Shown here: positions 19,692 to 29,350 of the stretch, one piece after another
Layout of the letters: each line of letters begins with the position of its first letter
How positions within the stretch are numbered: the stretch's first letter is position 1
Source: a virus
Lineage: Duplodnaviria; Caudoviricetes
IMG/VR virus record: IMGVR_UViG_3300026484_000515
Coordinates: 1,711-65,710 of that record
Strand: one strand, 5' to 3'
DNA: 64,000 nucleotides
Notes under the pieces: generated by a model
Told to the model about the DNA's origin: nothing
The model's input: only the letters and a program-made list of their open reading frames with translations
Databases searched by the model: none
Program-made: the position numbers and the translations under genes

Positions 19692-19836
19692 ACTCTTTGT
19701 TAAATGTGATAAATGTGGAAAAGTAGCTTTAGTGGAATTGAATTCCTGGGAATTAAAGAATCTCAATAAAATTGAATATGTTGATTTAGATTTTGCAAAG
19801 TTAGTTTATAAAAAACCTAAAAGTTTGGGGAGATAG
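19639..19836 (+). CDS. small zinc-ribbon protein
   Basis: CITC...CDKC; GGAGGTG SD. Confidence 0.65.
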   Translation: MKCITCQNPVVKEREENRLFVKCDKCGKVALVELNSWELKNLNKIEYVDLDFAKLVYKKPKSLGR

Positions 19837-20043
19837 ATGAAGTGTTTAAGATGTGATGAGAAACTTTTATACAGTAAGGTGGTAAATCCATTGTATGGAG
19901 TTGATGATTATCTGTATGAGTTGAAATGTCCAAAATGTAAAAATATTTGTTATCTTCCTGTTACAGATGCTTATGAAAATTACCTTGAAAATGAAACAGT
20001 CTATCTTGACATGGATTCTGGAATAATATATTTTGAAACCTGA
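19837..20043 (+). CDS. small zinc-ribbon protein
   Basis: CLRC...CPKC. Confidence 0.65.
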   Translation: MKCLRCDEKLLYSKVVNPLYGVDDYLYELKCPKCKNICYLPVTDAYENYLENETVYLDMDSGIIYFET

Positions 20044-20465
20044 TGGAAGCGAAAATAAGGAATATAGTCAAAAGAAATAAACATTTATTTTTGAATGAAG
20101 AACTTTATAAACTTTGCTGTAATTCAGGAGTTAATGAAGAAAAATTTAAGGAAATCTCAGAAAGTTTTGATGAAATCCTTTTGAAAAACCCTCTCATTTA
20201 TGCATATTGTTTTGGATTCTCTTTAAATCCTGAAAAAGAAAATGATAAAACAGAAGATGTAAACTGGAATTCTACATTATCTTTAGAAGATTTTAAACAG
20301 TTTATTGAAGAGTATTTTTCTGAAGATGACTTTTTTGGAATAATAAATTACTTGACACCAGAAGAGGAAAGAATCAGATTTCTCAAAGAAGGTCAAATTT
20401 ACTTAGAGGAAGCTATTACATTGATGGTAAAATTAGGTTTTTTAGATGGACATTATGAAATTTAA
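20043..20465 (+). CDS. hypothetical protein
   Basis: 140-aa ORF; resembles next ORF. Confidence 0.7.
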   Translation: MEAKIRNIVKRNKHLFLNEELYKLCCNSGVNEEKFKEISESFDEILLKNPLIYAYCFGFSLNPEKENDKTEDVNWNSTLSLEDFKQFIEEYFSEDDFFGIINYLTPEEERIRFLKEGQIYLEEAITLMVKLGFLDGHYEI

Positions 20466-20486
20466 AAAAAAAAGGAGGAATAAAAG

Positions 20487-20990
20487 ATGTTGTCTAATGA
20501 AATGTTAACCACAGTTTACAAAAGTGTTGTTAGAGGTCAAAATGTAATCTTTGACAAACATAAATTTGAAGACAGATTCTTGAGAAGGTTGTTTGAAACG
20601 ATAAACAAAGCAGAAGTGGAAAAATGTTTTGAAAAATTTGGAATTGATGAGGAATCTGTTAAGAATGTTTTTATAGCTTCATTTGTTATTGGTTATCTTG
20701 TAGGATTTCCTCAAGCGGATAATAAAACAGCAGAGATAAGGAATGAAGAAATAGAAATCTTTTCAAATGATGAATATACACTTGAAGAAATTAAACAGAT
20801 AGTGGATAATTTCTTTGTTTTTGATAAAGATGAAGAAAAATCAGTATTTGATGAAATGTTTGTTTATGTTTTGCCAAAGGATAAAAGTAAATTTACTTTT
20901 GATGAAGTTGTAGCTTTGTTTTTTAAGTTTGGATTGTTGACGAGAATATTGTCTGAAAAAATGGTAAAATTGGAGGTGAATGAAGAATGA
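20487..20990 (+). CDS. hypothetical protein
   Basis: 167-aa ORF, GGAGG SD. Confidence 0.7.
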   Translation: MLSNEMLTTVYKSVVRGQNVIFDKHKFEDRFLRRLFETINKAEVEKCFEKFGIDEESVKNVFIASFVIGYLVGFPQADNKTAEIRNEEIEIFSNDEYTLEEIKQIVDNFFVFDKDEEKSVFDEMFVYVLPKDKSKFTFDEVVALFFKFGLLTRILSEKMVKLEVNEE

Positions 20991-22024
20991 GTTTAATGAA
21001 AGTTTTAGAGAAATTAGATGTAAATGTGATAACGAAAGAAAATGAAGCGAAATTTAAAACAAAAGAGTGGATAGATACAGGAAATTATGTTTTAAATGCT
21101 ATTATATCAGGAGACCCATTTAAAGGAATTCCAAATAACAGGATAATTCAATTCGCTGGAATAGCATCAACAGGAAAATCCTTTCTTGTTCAGGAAATAG
21201 CAATAAATGCACAAAAACAGGGATATACTGTAATATATTTTGATTCTGAAGGTGCTTATGATTTTGAATCTCTTGTAAAAAGAGGATTTGATGAAGAAAA
21301 ATTAATTTATATTCCTGTTGGAACTGTTGAAGAGTTAAGAAAAGTAATGGTGAATATTGTAAAAGAGGTTTCTGAAGATGAAAAGGTTTTGTTATTGGTA
21401 GATTCTCTTGGTAATCTTGCAACAGAAAAAGAAGTTGAAGATGCTTTATCTGGAAAAGAAAAAGAAGATATGACCAGAGCAAGGAGATTGAAATCTTTAT
21501 TCAGGTTAGTAGCTACTGATGCAGCTATAAAAGGAATTCCCATCTTACTTGTAAATCATGTTTATACATCAATTAATTCTTTTATACCACAGAACATAAC
21601 TTCTGGTGGTTCAGGGCAATTGTATAATTCATCTGTAATTCTTGAATTGACAAAAGCTAAAGATAAAGAGTCATCAGGTAAACAAATAGGAGTTATAATA
21701 ACTGCTAAAATTCTTAAATCCAGATTTGTAAAAGAAGGTGTAAAAGCAAAATTAACAATCAATTTTAAAAAAGGATTGAACAGGTATTCAGGAATTTTGG
21801 ATGTAGCATTAGAAGCAGGGTTGATACAAAAGAGTGGAAGGAGTATAATATCACCTAATGGTGAAAAGGTATCTAAGCAAAAACTAACGAAAGAATTCTT
21901 TGAGCAATTCTTAAAGGATTATCTGTATGAGTATTTTGAAAATGAATGGAAATTGAAGGTTGAAAGAGATGAAAATCTTGTTACTGAAGAGGTAGAGGAT
22001 GGAGAAGCAGAAGAAGTGCAGTAA
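20987..22024 (+). CDS. uvsX: UvsX RecA-like recombinase
   Basis: IDTGNYVLNAIISG, AGIASTGKS, YFDSEGA, VDSLGNL, DMTRA, NHVY, SGGSG. Confidence 0.95.
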   Translation: MSLMKVLEKLDVNVITKENEAKFKTKEWIDTGNYVLNAIISGDPFKGIPNNRIIQFAGIASTGKSFLVQEIAINAQKQGYTVIYFDSEGAYDFESLVKRGFDEEKLIYIPVGTVEELRKVMVNIVKEVSEDEKVLLLVDSLGNLATEKEVEDALSGKEKEDMTRARRLKSLFRLVATDAAIKGIPILLVNHVYTSINSFIPQNITSGGSGQLYNSSVILELTKAKDKESSGKQIGVIITAKILKSRFVKEGVKAKLTINFKKGLNRYSGILDVALEAGLIQKSGRSIISPNGEKVSKQKLTKEFFEQFLKDYLYEYFENEWKLKVERDENLVTEEVEDGEAEEVQ

Positions 22025-22157
22025 ATGTAATAGTGAAATGCTGAGAATGATAATTTCAACGAAAGATCCTGAGATAAAAGAAGTATGGGAATGTCCAAAC
22101 TGTGGGTTAAGAGAAGCTATAATTGAAGATAAAAAGAAAAAATTGTTGAAAGGATAA
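21999..22157 (+). CDS. small zinc-ribbon protein (52 aa, below ORF-track cutoff)
   Basis: Manual translation MEKQKKCSKCNSEMLRMIISTKDPEIKEVWECPNCGLREAIIEDKKKKLLKG; fills the uvsX-22178 gap. Confidence 0.6.
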   Translation: MEKQKKCSKCNSEMLRMIISTKDPEIKEVWECPNCGLREAIIEDKKKKLLKG

Positions 22158-22177
22158 AAAAAAAAGGGAGGGAAGAA

Positions 22178-23185
22178 ATGAGAGAAATGATTGAACTATC
22201 AATTTTTGTTTTGGTTTTGTTTGCAATTATTCCTATACTTGCAAAATATGCAATGCCTGTCTTTTCCTCAATTTTGAAGTATATCAAAAAAGGAAAACTC
22301 GGATTGATATGGACTTCCATGGCACTTGGTTTCTTGCCTGTTCATGAAAGAATTTATGCTACTTCCGGAGTATTGAAATCCATGATTGATGGACACATAT
22401 TTGAATTTGAAACTGAGGAAGAAAAAAGAAATGCAGGAATTCTTATGTATATCTGGACTCATCATTTTTATCTTTGGTCTTTAATGGAAAAAACAATCTT
22501 AATTCCTATGACTTATTTTGGTTTATCTTATTATCACATGTTGAAAATTAACATATTGCCTTTAATAGGATACTTAATAGTTGGTCTTATAGCTTCTGTG
22601 TTGCTAATACCAAACGAGGTTGAAATAAACGTAAAACCAGAAGAAATTCCTCTTGAAAAGAAGAAAAATGGATTTATTATGTATGGTTTGTTAGCACTTA
22701 CACTAATTGCCATGATAAAATATGGGTTCCTTGCGTTTATAATAGGTGGTCTTTTGATTTTCCTTATGTTTATAGATGATTTTGATTATAGAGAAGTTAG
22801 ATGGAAACACGCTTTAATGTTGCTCTTGATAGTCTGGATAGGTTTCTTTATAAGAACTCAAATAGATGTTCAGCAGGTAGCAAAATCCATTCAGACTTCA
22901 TTGCCTGTTGCTTTGTTGCTTGCATTTTGTATAGCATTTATACTTGGTTCATCTTCAAGGTATTCACTTGTTGCCGTAATTCTTACAAGTGTATATGGTT
23001 TAAAAACTTTGCCTTTGTTCTTGACTTTTGAATTTCTTGGGTATTTAATATCTCCGTTCCATCAATGCACATTGGTTCCTCAGTTTTTGTTTGGGTGTGA
23101 TAGGAAAAAGTTTTACATTACAGCATCAGCTTTGGGTATAGCATCTGTAATAGGAGGAATACTTACTTACCTTTTTGTAGTTTAA
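22178..23185 (+). CDS. Multi-pass membrane protein, DUF401/ion-transporter-like
   Basis: About 9-10 hydrophobic segments; LGFLP, GYLISPFHQC motif typical of DUF401-like permeases. Confidence 0.65.
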   Translation: MREMIELSIFVLVLFAIIPILAKYAMPVFSSILKYIKKGKLGLIWTSMALGFLPVHERIYATSGVLKSMIDGHIFEFETEEEKRNAGILMYIWTHHFYLWSLMEKTILIPMTYFGLSYYHMLKINILPLIGYLIVGLIASVLLIPNEVEINVKPEEIPLEKKKNGFIMYGLLALTLIAMIKYGFLAFIIGGLLIFLMFIDDFDYREVRWKHALMLLLIVWIGFFIRTQIDVQQVAKSIQTSLPVALLLAFCIAFILGSSSRYSLVAVILTSVYGLKTLPLFLTFEFLGYLISPFHQCTLVPQFLFGCDRKKFYITASALGIASVIGGILTYLFVV

Positions 23186-23210
23186 CAAAAATCTGAATCG
23201 GAGGTGTAAA

Positions 23211-23615
23211 ATGAAAGATTTAGTAATGGATTTTATAAGAGAAAATAAGAATGACTTCATTGAAGAAATAACAGAAAGATGGAAAGAAAATGACTTTTAT
23301 CTTGATTGGGATTTAATTAGATTTGAATTTGAGAATTATGGAAGTTGTCAGGTCAGATATTTTAAAATAGAAGATTTTGAGGTGGATGATTTCATTTCCT
23401 GGATATGGATAGTTTTTCCGTGGTTGAAAGAAGATGAAATAAAAGAGACCCTTATTGAAATTGAGGAAGAGAATCCGGAATTAGGTTTCTTCTCTATTGT
23501 TTCAGAATTGATAGAAAGATTAAATGTTGAATTGATTAAAATATTGACAGAAGAATTGGGAACTTCTAAATTTTCCTTTAAAGGAAATACTATTATCTTT
23601 GAGAAAGAGGTTTAA
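23211..23615 (+). CDS. hypothetical acidic protein
   Basis: 134-aa ORF, GGAGGTG SD. Confidence 0.7.
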   Translation: MKDLVMDFIRENKNDFIEEITERWKENDFYLDWDLIRFEFENYGSCQVRYFKIEDFEVDDFISWIWIVFPWLKEDEIKETLIEIEEENPELGFFSIVSELIERLNVELIKILTEELGTSKFSFKGNTIIFEKEV

Positions 23616-25025
23616 ATGGAGACAATAGAACCTACTATTGTATCTCTTCTTTTATTTTCAGACAAATTTTTTTCAAAAGTAATACCATTTCTTGATTCAT
23701 CAATTTTCATTGATGAAAATCTGGCTACTTTTGTGAAATACTATGTCAAATATACAGGTAAAGAAAAGCGATTGAAGTTGGTGGATGTGATAGAGAAAAT
23801 AAAGAACGATGAGAAAATTTCAAAAGCAGAAAAAGAAAGAATAAAAGAAGCAATAAAGATTATAAAGGAGAAGGTAAAGGAATTAAAAGAGTATAAAGAC
23901 CTTGGACAAGAAATTAATATAGATGAATTTGTAAAAGAAACTGAAAAATATTTTAAAACCCGAAAACTTGAAAATGCTATAATTGAGTCTGCTCAAAGAT
24001 TAGAAGAGGGAAAAGGAATAAACTTAAAAAAGATAGAAGAAGCAATTGGATTTTCCTTTGATTCTTCCCTTGGATTGATATATTCTGATGTGGAAAGTAA
24101 ATTGAAATACTACAATGAAAAAGAAACATTCTTTCCTACAAATGTTAAAACTCTTGATGAAATGCTTGGTGGTGGATTTGTTAAGCACGCATTGTATGTC
24201 TTCACAGGAAAAACAAATATAGGTAAATCACTTCTCCTTTGTTCAATAGCTGTTGATTTAGTGAAACAGGGATACAATGTTTTATACATTTCAGGTGAAT
24301 TATCAGAAAGAATGGTTTTAATGAGAATAGATGCAAATGTTTATGATGTTTCAATTAAGCAATTAATGAACATGGATTTGGAAAGTTTGAGGGAATTGTT
24401 TGAGCAAAAGAAATTAAAAGGAGAATTAATTATAAAGGATTTTCCAACTTCTTCAACAAATACTGCTCAAATAAGAAGTTATCTTGACGATTTGAAAATG
24501 AAAATGAATTTTCAGCCAGATTTTATCATTGTAGATTACATTACGATATTTCTTTCTTCAAGACTTCCAATGTCTGCTATGAGAGATTCATATTCATATT
24601 TCAAAGCAGTAGCTGAGGAGTTTAGAGGTTTGGCAGGAGAATATGATTGTTGTGTAATAACAGCAACGCAGTTGAATAGAGAAGGAGCAAAGAAGAAAAA
24701 AATAGGTTCTCTTGATACAACATATATATCAGAATCATTTGGAGTTGCTTTTACTGCTGATTTTCAGGCTATTCTTTTCCAAACGGATGCATTAAGGGAA
24801 CAAAATATTATGCTAATGAAAGTGGTAAAATCAAGATTTGACTCAAATGTTGGAATGACATATAATTTTCATGTGGATTATGAAAAGATGAGGATAAAAG
24901 ATGTAGATGAAAATCTTTCTGATGAGGCAATAAATGAAATTGAAAGAGCAAAATATGAGATAGAATTTTCTGACGAAAAACCGTCTTTGGGTAATATAGA
25001 TGATTTGGAGTTTGAGGAGGTTTAG
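23616..25025 (+). CDS. gp41: Replicative DNA helicase gp41 (DnaB-like)
   Basis: KVIPFL, GKTNIGKSL, NVLYISGEL, RIDAN, LIIKDFPT, VDY, AEEFRGLA, TATQLNR, SESFG...TADF, KSRF. Confidence 0.95.
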   Translation: METIEPTIVSLLLFSDKFFSKVIPFLDSSIFIDENLATFVKYYVKYTGKEKRLKLVDVIEKIKNDEKISKAEKERIKEAIKIIKEKVKELKEYKDLGQEINIDEFVKETEKYFKTRKLENAIIESAQRLEEGKGINLKKIEEAIGFSFDSSLGLIYSDVESKLKYYNEKETFFPTNVKTLDEMLGGGFVKHALYVFTGKTNIGKSLLLCSIAVDLVKQGYNVLYISGELSERMVLMRIDANVYDVSIKQLMNMDLESLRELFEQKKLKGELIIKDFPTSSTNTAQIRSYLDDLKMKMNFQPDFIIVDYITIFLSSRLPMSAMRDSYSYFKAVAEEFRGLAGEYDCCVITATQLNREGAKKKKIGSLDTTYISESFGVAFTADFQAILFQTDALREQNIMLMKVVKSRFDSNVGMTYNFHVDYEKMRIKDVDENLSDEAINEIERAKYEIEFSDEKPSLGNIDDLEFEEV

Positions 25026-25637
25026 ATGATACAATGTTGGACAGCTGATTTTGTAAGATTATATGAGAAAAATCAGATAGAAAATATAACTGAAGAAACA
25101 GGAATAATATTTGTGGGAGCAAGTGATATAAAGGATAAGGAAAATGAAATTGAGGAAATATTATGTAAAGAAATGAGAGAATACAAAAGAGACATTGTTC
25201 TTCCGTTTTATGGATTTAGAGAAGTTTCACAATTTAGAAAGATAGAACCTGTTGTAAATGTTTTAAAGTATATAGAATCTGGGAAGAGTCTGGTTAAAGA
25301 TGTAAAAGTAAAAGTGAGTGAAAGAACAGCAATGTTGTTGAAGGATGTTGTTATTTTGATGCAATCTTTGGACTTGTTAAAAGAAAGAGGAAAATTTTTA
25401 GATTTCCTTGAAAAATTAAAAGAAGAGAATATAATTAAAGATTACGGAATAAATGAAAGGGATAGTGTTTTGTCTATCCATTCTGAAAAACATGTTATGA
25501 GGATTTTCTTTCATTCTCAAGAATTAATTGAAAGGAGTTTGCTTTCTTTGATAAATTTGACTTCAAAGAAATTTTATGAAGCTATGATAAGAGAAATAGA
25601 AGAATTCAAAACAAAAAAGGAGGAGAATGAAGAATGA
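25026..25637 (+). CDS. hypothetical protein
   Basis: 203-aa ORF. Confidence 0.7.
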   Translation: MIQCWTADFVRLYEKNQIENITEETGIIFVGASDIKDKENEIEEILCKEMREYKRDIVLPFYGFREVSQFRKIEPVVNVLKYIESGKSLVKDVKVKVSERTAMLLKDVVILMQSLDLLKERGKFLDFLEKLKEENIIKDYGINERDSVLSIHSEKHVMRIFFHSQELIERSLLSLINLTSKKFYEAMIREIEEFKTKKEENEE

Positions 25638-26158
25638 AATTAACATCAAATCATCACAATTATTTTCTTTTTACGAAAATCAGAAACGTAAAAACACCTT
25701 CAAGAGCACATTTTGATGATGCAGGAATTGATTTGTTTCTCCCTGAAATAGATGAACAGTTTATAGAAGATTTCAAAAAATTAAATCCCTATAATTACAG
25801 AATAGAAAAAGATGAAATAATTATTTTTCCGCATTCTTCTGTGAAAATACCATCTGGTTTAAAAGTTGTTGTTCCAAAAGGTTATGCTTTACTTGTTTGT
25901 AATCGCTCAGGTTTAGCATCAAGAACCGGATTGATATTTGGTGCTCATGTAATAGATTCCTCATATAGAGGTGAAGTAATCATAAATCTTATAAACACAT
26001 CGTATGAAATGAGAAAACTTAAAGGAGGTGATAAAATTGTTCAGTTGCTTTTGGTTCCAGTAGCTTTAATTGACTTTGTTGAAATTGATAATGAAGAGTA
26101 TGAAAGAGTTTTTACAAATGCTGAGAGAGGTGAAAAAGGATTTGGTTCAACAGGTTGA
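25634..26158 (+). CDS. dut: dUTPase (trimeric)
   Basis: AGIDL, NRSGLA, VIDSSYRGE, KIVQL, RGEKGFGSTG. Confidence 0.95.
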   Translation: MKLTSNHHNYFLFTKIRNVKTPSRAHFDDAGIDLFLPEIDEQFIEDFKKLNPYNYRIEKDEIIIFPHSSVKIPSGLKVVVPKGYALLVCNRSGLASRTGLIFGAHVIDSSYRGEVIINLINTSYEMRKLKGGDKIVQLLLVPVALIDFVEIDNEEYERVFTNAERGEKGFGSTG

Positions 26159-26217
26159 CAAGAAAAATAAAAGGGTTTTTTTAAAAACAAATAAAAAACT
26201 TTAAAGGAGGTTTTGAA

Positions 26218-27114
26218 ATGCTTAATTTGAACCTTAACATTGGAGAAGTAATTAAGAAAATGAAACCCACAAACTTTGAAAGAGATGAAAGGTATTGGGT
26301 TCCACAAGTAAAGAAAGGAGAAAGATATGAAGCAGTAATAAGATTCCTTCCTGATAAGACTTTGAAAAATGTAGTTGAGAAATTTTATGAACACATTTTC
26401 CAGGTTCCTCCAAGAATGTTTTATTGTGTTTGTCCGACAACTTTTGGTGAATATTGTCCTCTTTGTGAACATGTAGCTGATTTGTTTGAAAAAGGAAAAA
26501 CAAATGAGAATATAAGGAAAGTAGCTTCTGAAAGAAAAAGAATTCTAAGATTTGTATCAAATATCTATGTTGTAAATGATTCTACAAATCCGGAAAATAA
26601 TGGAAAAGTATTTCTTTTCAAATATGGGAAAAAGATAAATCAGATGCTTCAGGAAATGGCAGAAGGATTTGAAGAAGCAGAAAAGAAAGGAAAAGATTTC
26701 ATTGAAGAGGAGGTTTGTTTCCCATGGTATCCGGATGAAAGAGGTGGTTTCTTCAAATTAATAATAGATACTTCTGGTGGATTCTATGATTATTCAGCAT
26801 CAAGATTTTTCAAGATAGGAAGACCTCTCTTTGATGATGAAGAGAAGATTATGGAGATTTTGAAACAGACTTATTCTCTTGATGAAATAATGGAAGAAAT
26901 GAGAAATGAAGCAAGAAAGATTGAAGCAAAAATGAAAGAATTTAATCTTCTTAAGCTGGATATAGAACTCGGAAAGGATGAGAAAGAGTTGGAAGTGAAG
27001 GAAGAAAAGAAAATAAAGAAAATTGATGTTTCTGATGTTGAGATAGATGATGATTTAGATCTTGATGAACTTGATGAAGTGGATGATTTGGATGAACTTT
27101 TAGATGATGAATAA
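26218..27114 (+). CDS. gp32: Single-stranded DNA-binding protein gp32
   Basis: DERYW, AVIRFLP, CPTTFGEYCPLC, NIYVVND..NPENNGKVFLFKYGKKI, acidic C-terminal tail. Confidence 0.95.
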   Translation: MLNLNLNIGEVIKKMKPTNFERDERYWVPQVKKGERYEAVIRFLPDKTLKNVVEKFYEHIFQVPPRMFYCVCPTTFGEYCPLCEHVADLFEKGKTNENIRKVASERKRILRFVSNIYVVNDSTNPENNGKVFLFKYGKKINQMLQEMAEGFEEAEKKGKDFIEEEVCFPWYPDERGGFFKLIIDTSGGFYDYSASRFFKIGRPLFDDEEKIMEILKQTYSLDEIMEEMRNEARKIEAKMKEFNLLKLDIELGKDEKELEVKEEKKIKKIDVSDVEIDDDLDLDELDEVDDLDELLDDE

Positions 27115-27117
27115 AAA

Positions 27118-27150
27118 GAGGGGGGAAATTCCCCCCTTCATTCCTTTTTT
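27118..27150 (+). terminator. Probable rho-independent terminator after gp32
   Basis: Hairpin AGGGGGG-AAATT-CCCCCCT followed by a pyrimidine/T-rich tract. Confidence 0.65.
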
Positions 27151-27164
27151 GAGGGGGAAAGGTT

Positions 27165-27728
27165 ATGTTGGATGAGAAAATTATGAAGTATATTCTGGAA
27201 GTAGAAGGAGGATTTGTAAATCATCCAGCTGATAAGGGTGGACCTACAAAATATGGAATAACACAGAAAACATTACAGGATGCTTTTAAGAGAAAAATCG
27301 TAAATCATACAAATGTTAAAGAATTGTCAGAAGATGAGGCTAATTTGATTTACTATAAAATGTATTATATTCCATCTGAAGCTGAATGGATTGAAAAACA
27401 TTTTGGAAAGAAATTAGCTTTGATACATCTGGATGCAGCTATTAATCATGGGGTAAGGAATGCAGAAAAGTTTTTCCAGAAAGTAGTAAATCATATTGCT
27501 GAAAAGAATATTTTGAAGGTAGATGGATTTATAGGACCTGTTACAAAAAGAGTTTCTTTAGAAGTATTAGATTCAGTTTCTAAAATAAACTATGCTTGTT
27601 ATGTGTATCTCTGGAAAAGATTGGAGTTTTATAGAGATATTGTTATGAGAAATTATAAACAAAGAGTGTTTTTTGTAGGTTGGGTAAACAGGTTAATAAA
27701 ATTAGAAGACTATATAAGGAGAATGTAA
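27165..27728 (+). CDS. Glycoside hydrolase family 108 lysozyme (endolysin) with PG-binding C-terminus
   Basis: EGGFVNHPADKGGPTKYGIT, DAAINHG, VDGFIGP.T, FFVGWVNR. Confidence 0.92.
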   Translation: MLDEKIMKYILEVEGGFVNHPADKGGPTKYGITQKTLQDAFKRKIVNHTNVKELSEDEANLIYYKMYYIPSEAEWIEKHFGKKLALIHLDAAINHGVRNAEKFFQKVVNHIAEKNILKVDGFIGPVTKRVSLEVLDSVSKINYACYVYLWKRLEFYRDIVMRNYKQRVFFVGWVNRLIKLEDYIRRM

Positions 27729-27729
27729 A

Positions 27730-28458
27730 ATGAGTATAATTCCTTTCTGGGAAGAAGAGGATGAATTTAAAGATGAATTTATTGAAGAAGAAGATGAAAT
27801 ATTCAACTGCATAGAAGATAGATGGGAATATATATTTGTTTATGATACGCCTTCTTATATGGGAATGGTTCTTGATGATGAAGTAGAAATGGGATGGGTT
27901 TATGGATTTAACCATGATTTTACAGGGGTGGTAATTAGCAATAAGGTAAAAAATTATACAAGAATAGCTTTAATGCCATTAGAATTTGTTTACCAAACTT
28001 TCATAATACCATTTTTGATGGCTGGTTCATATAGATGGAGAAAAAGTGGAAAGTTTAGAAATAATCCTATAGTTAAGATATTTTCAAAGTTGTTTTATTA
28101 TCAATATTTCAACCTTCTAAATTTGAGAATATGGAGTTTCATAAATTACTTATATGAATTTGAATTGAATCGCTATGTTCCGATAGAAAGAATAGGTTCT
28201 CAACCTGAATTTTATTTGTTTACGAAGAAGAAATTAGAAGCTGGAAAAATGATTCCTTATTATATAGCTTTTGATAAAGCTAATGATTCGGAGTCAATAT
28301 ATTTCAAGATAATGGATGGATTAACATTTATGGAAGTGCAGTTGAGCATTTATTCTCATATTTTTGAAGTGGTATTAGATGGATTTGAGAAAATGAAAAT
28401 GGATTTTGAAGCAGAATTAGAATCAATGGGAATTGACTTAAAAGGAGGAGAAGAATGA
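27730..28458 (+). CDS. hypothetical protein
   Basis: 242-aa ORF. Confidence 0.7.
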   Translation: MSIIPFWEEEDEFKDEFIEEEDEIFNCIEDRWEYIFVYDTPSYMGMVLDDEVEMGWVYGFNHDFTGVVISNKVKNYTRIALMPLEFVYQTFIIPFLMAGSYRWRKSGKFRNNPIVKIFSKLFYYQYFNLLNLRIWSFINYLYEFELNRYVPIERIGSQPEFYLFTKKKLEAGKMIPYYIAFDKANDSESIYFKIMDGLTFMEVQLSIYSHIFEVVLDGFEKMKMDFEAELESMGIDLKGGEE

Positions 28459-29171
28459 GTTTACTAAAAGAAAAATTGGAACAAATACAAAAGAATGAGT
28501 ATATCTATCCGGTTGAGTTGCCATCTGGAAGGAAAGTATCTTTAAGGAAATTGAAAGTTAAGGATTTGAAAGAAGCACTTTCCTTGCAAGGAAAAGTTCA
28601 ACCTTATTATATTGCAATTCAGATACTTGAAAAATGTGTAGATAAAAGTGATATTGTTCCAAGATTGCCTAAGATAGATGTTTTAAAACTTTTAACTGAA
28701 TTGAAAAAGATTTCCTATGGTGAAACAATAGAATTGGTTTATCAATGTCCTAAATGTAATAGAGAAGGAACAATAGAAGTTAATCTTAGTGAAGATGTAA
28801 AGTTTAAACCGTTTGATACCAGACCGATAGAAATTAATCCGAAGATAAAGATAGAATGTTATCCTTTGCCTTTTGAAACGGAAATACAGCTTGAAGAAAG
28901 GTATTCGGACGATATTGTAGAATTTAATTTTAATTATTTGATTAAGAGCATTGTGAAAATAGAGATAGATGGTGAGGAAATAGAAGATTTTACTGAGGAA
29001 GAAGTTAGAGAATTTCTTGAAAATCTTAATGCTGAAGATTTTGAAAGATTGATAGAGGAATTTACTGAAAGAATAGGATATTTTACATTAGAAAAACAAG
29101 TGAAATGTGAATATTGTGGTCATGAATTTAAAGCTGAAGTGGCAAGGTTTGAAGATTTTTTACCTATGTGA
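28455..29171 (+). CDS. gp26: Baseplate hub subunit gp26
   Basis: VELPSGRKV..R.LKVKD, ISYGETI..CPKC, C-terminal CEYCGH. Confidence 0.85.
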   Translation: MSLLKEKLEQIQKNEYIYPVELPSGRKVSLRKLKVKDLKEALSLQGKVQPYYIAIQILEKCVDKSDIVPRLPKIDVLKLLTELKKISYGETIELVYQCPKCNREGTIEVNLSEDVKFKPFDTRPIEINPKIKIECYPLPFETEIQLEERYSDDIVEFNFNYLIKSIVKIEIDGEEIEDFTEEEVREFLENLNAEDFERLIEEFTERIGYFTLEKQVKCEYCGHEFKAEVARFEDFLPM

Positions 29172-29350
29172 TAATTGGCATAAGAATAGATGATTTTTAT
29201 TTGGTAAATAGATTTTTAATGAAATATGGAAATTTTTCATTAGTTGAAATTGAGAATATGTATCCTTATGAATATGAAATATACATGTATCTTGTAATGA
29301 AGGAAATCAAGGAGGAAATAGAAGCGAGAAAACAGGCAAGGCAGGGATAA
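29168..29350 (+). CDS. gp51: Baseplate hub assembly protein gp51
   Basis: LMKYGNFSLVEIENMYPYEYEIYM.L. Confidence 0.85.
   Translation: MIIGIRIDDFYLVNRFLMKYGNFSLVEIENMYPYEYEIYMYLVMKEIKEEIEARKQARQG

Noticed and set aside
26155-26217. Possible sigma70 promoter or autoregulatory leader upstream of gp32
   Set aside because: TTGACA is present but there is no convincing -10 at proper spacing; the A/T-rich leader alone is insufficient evidence.
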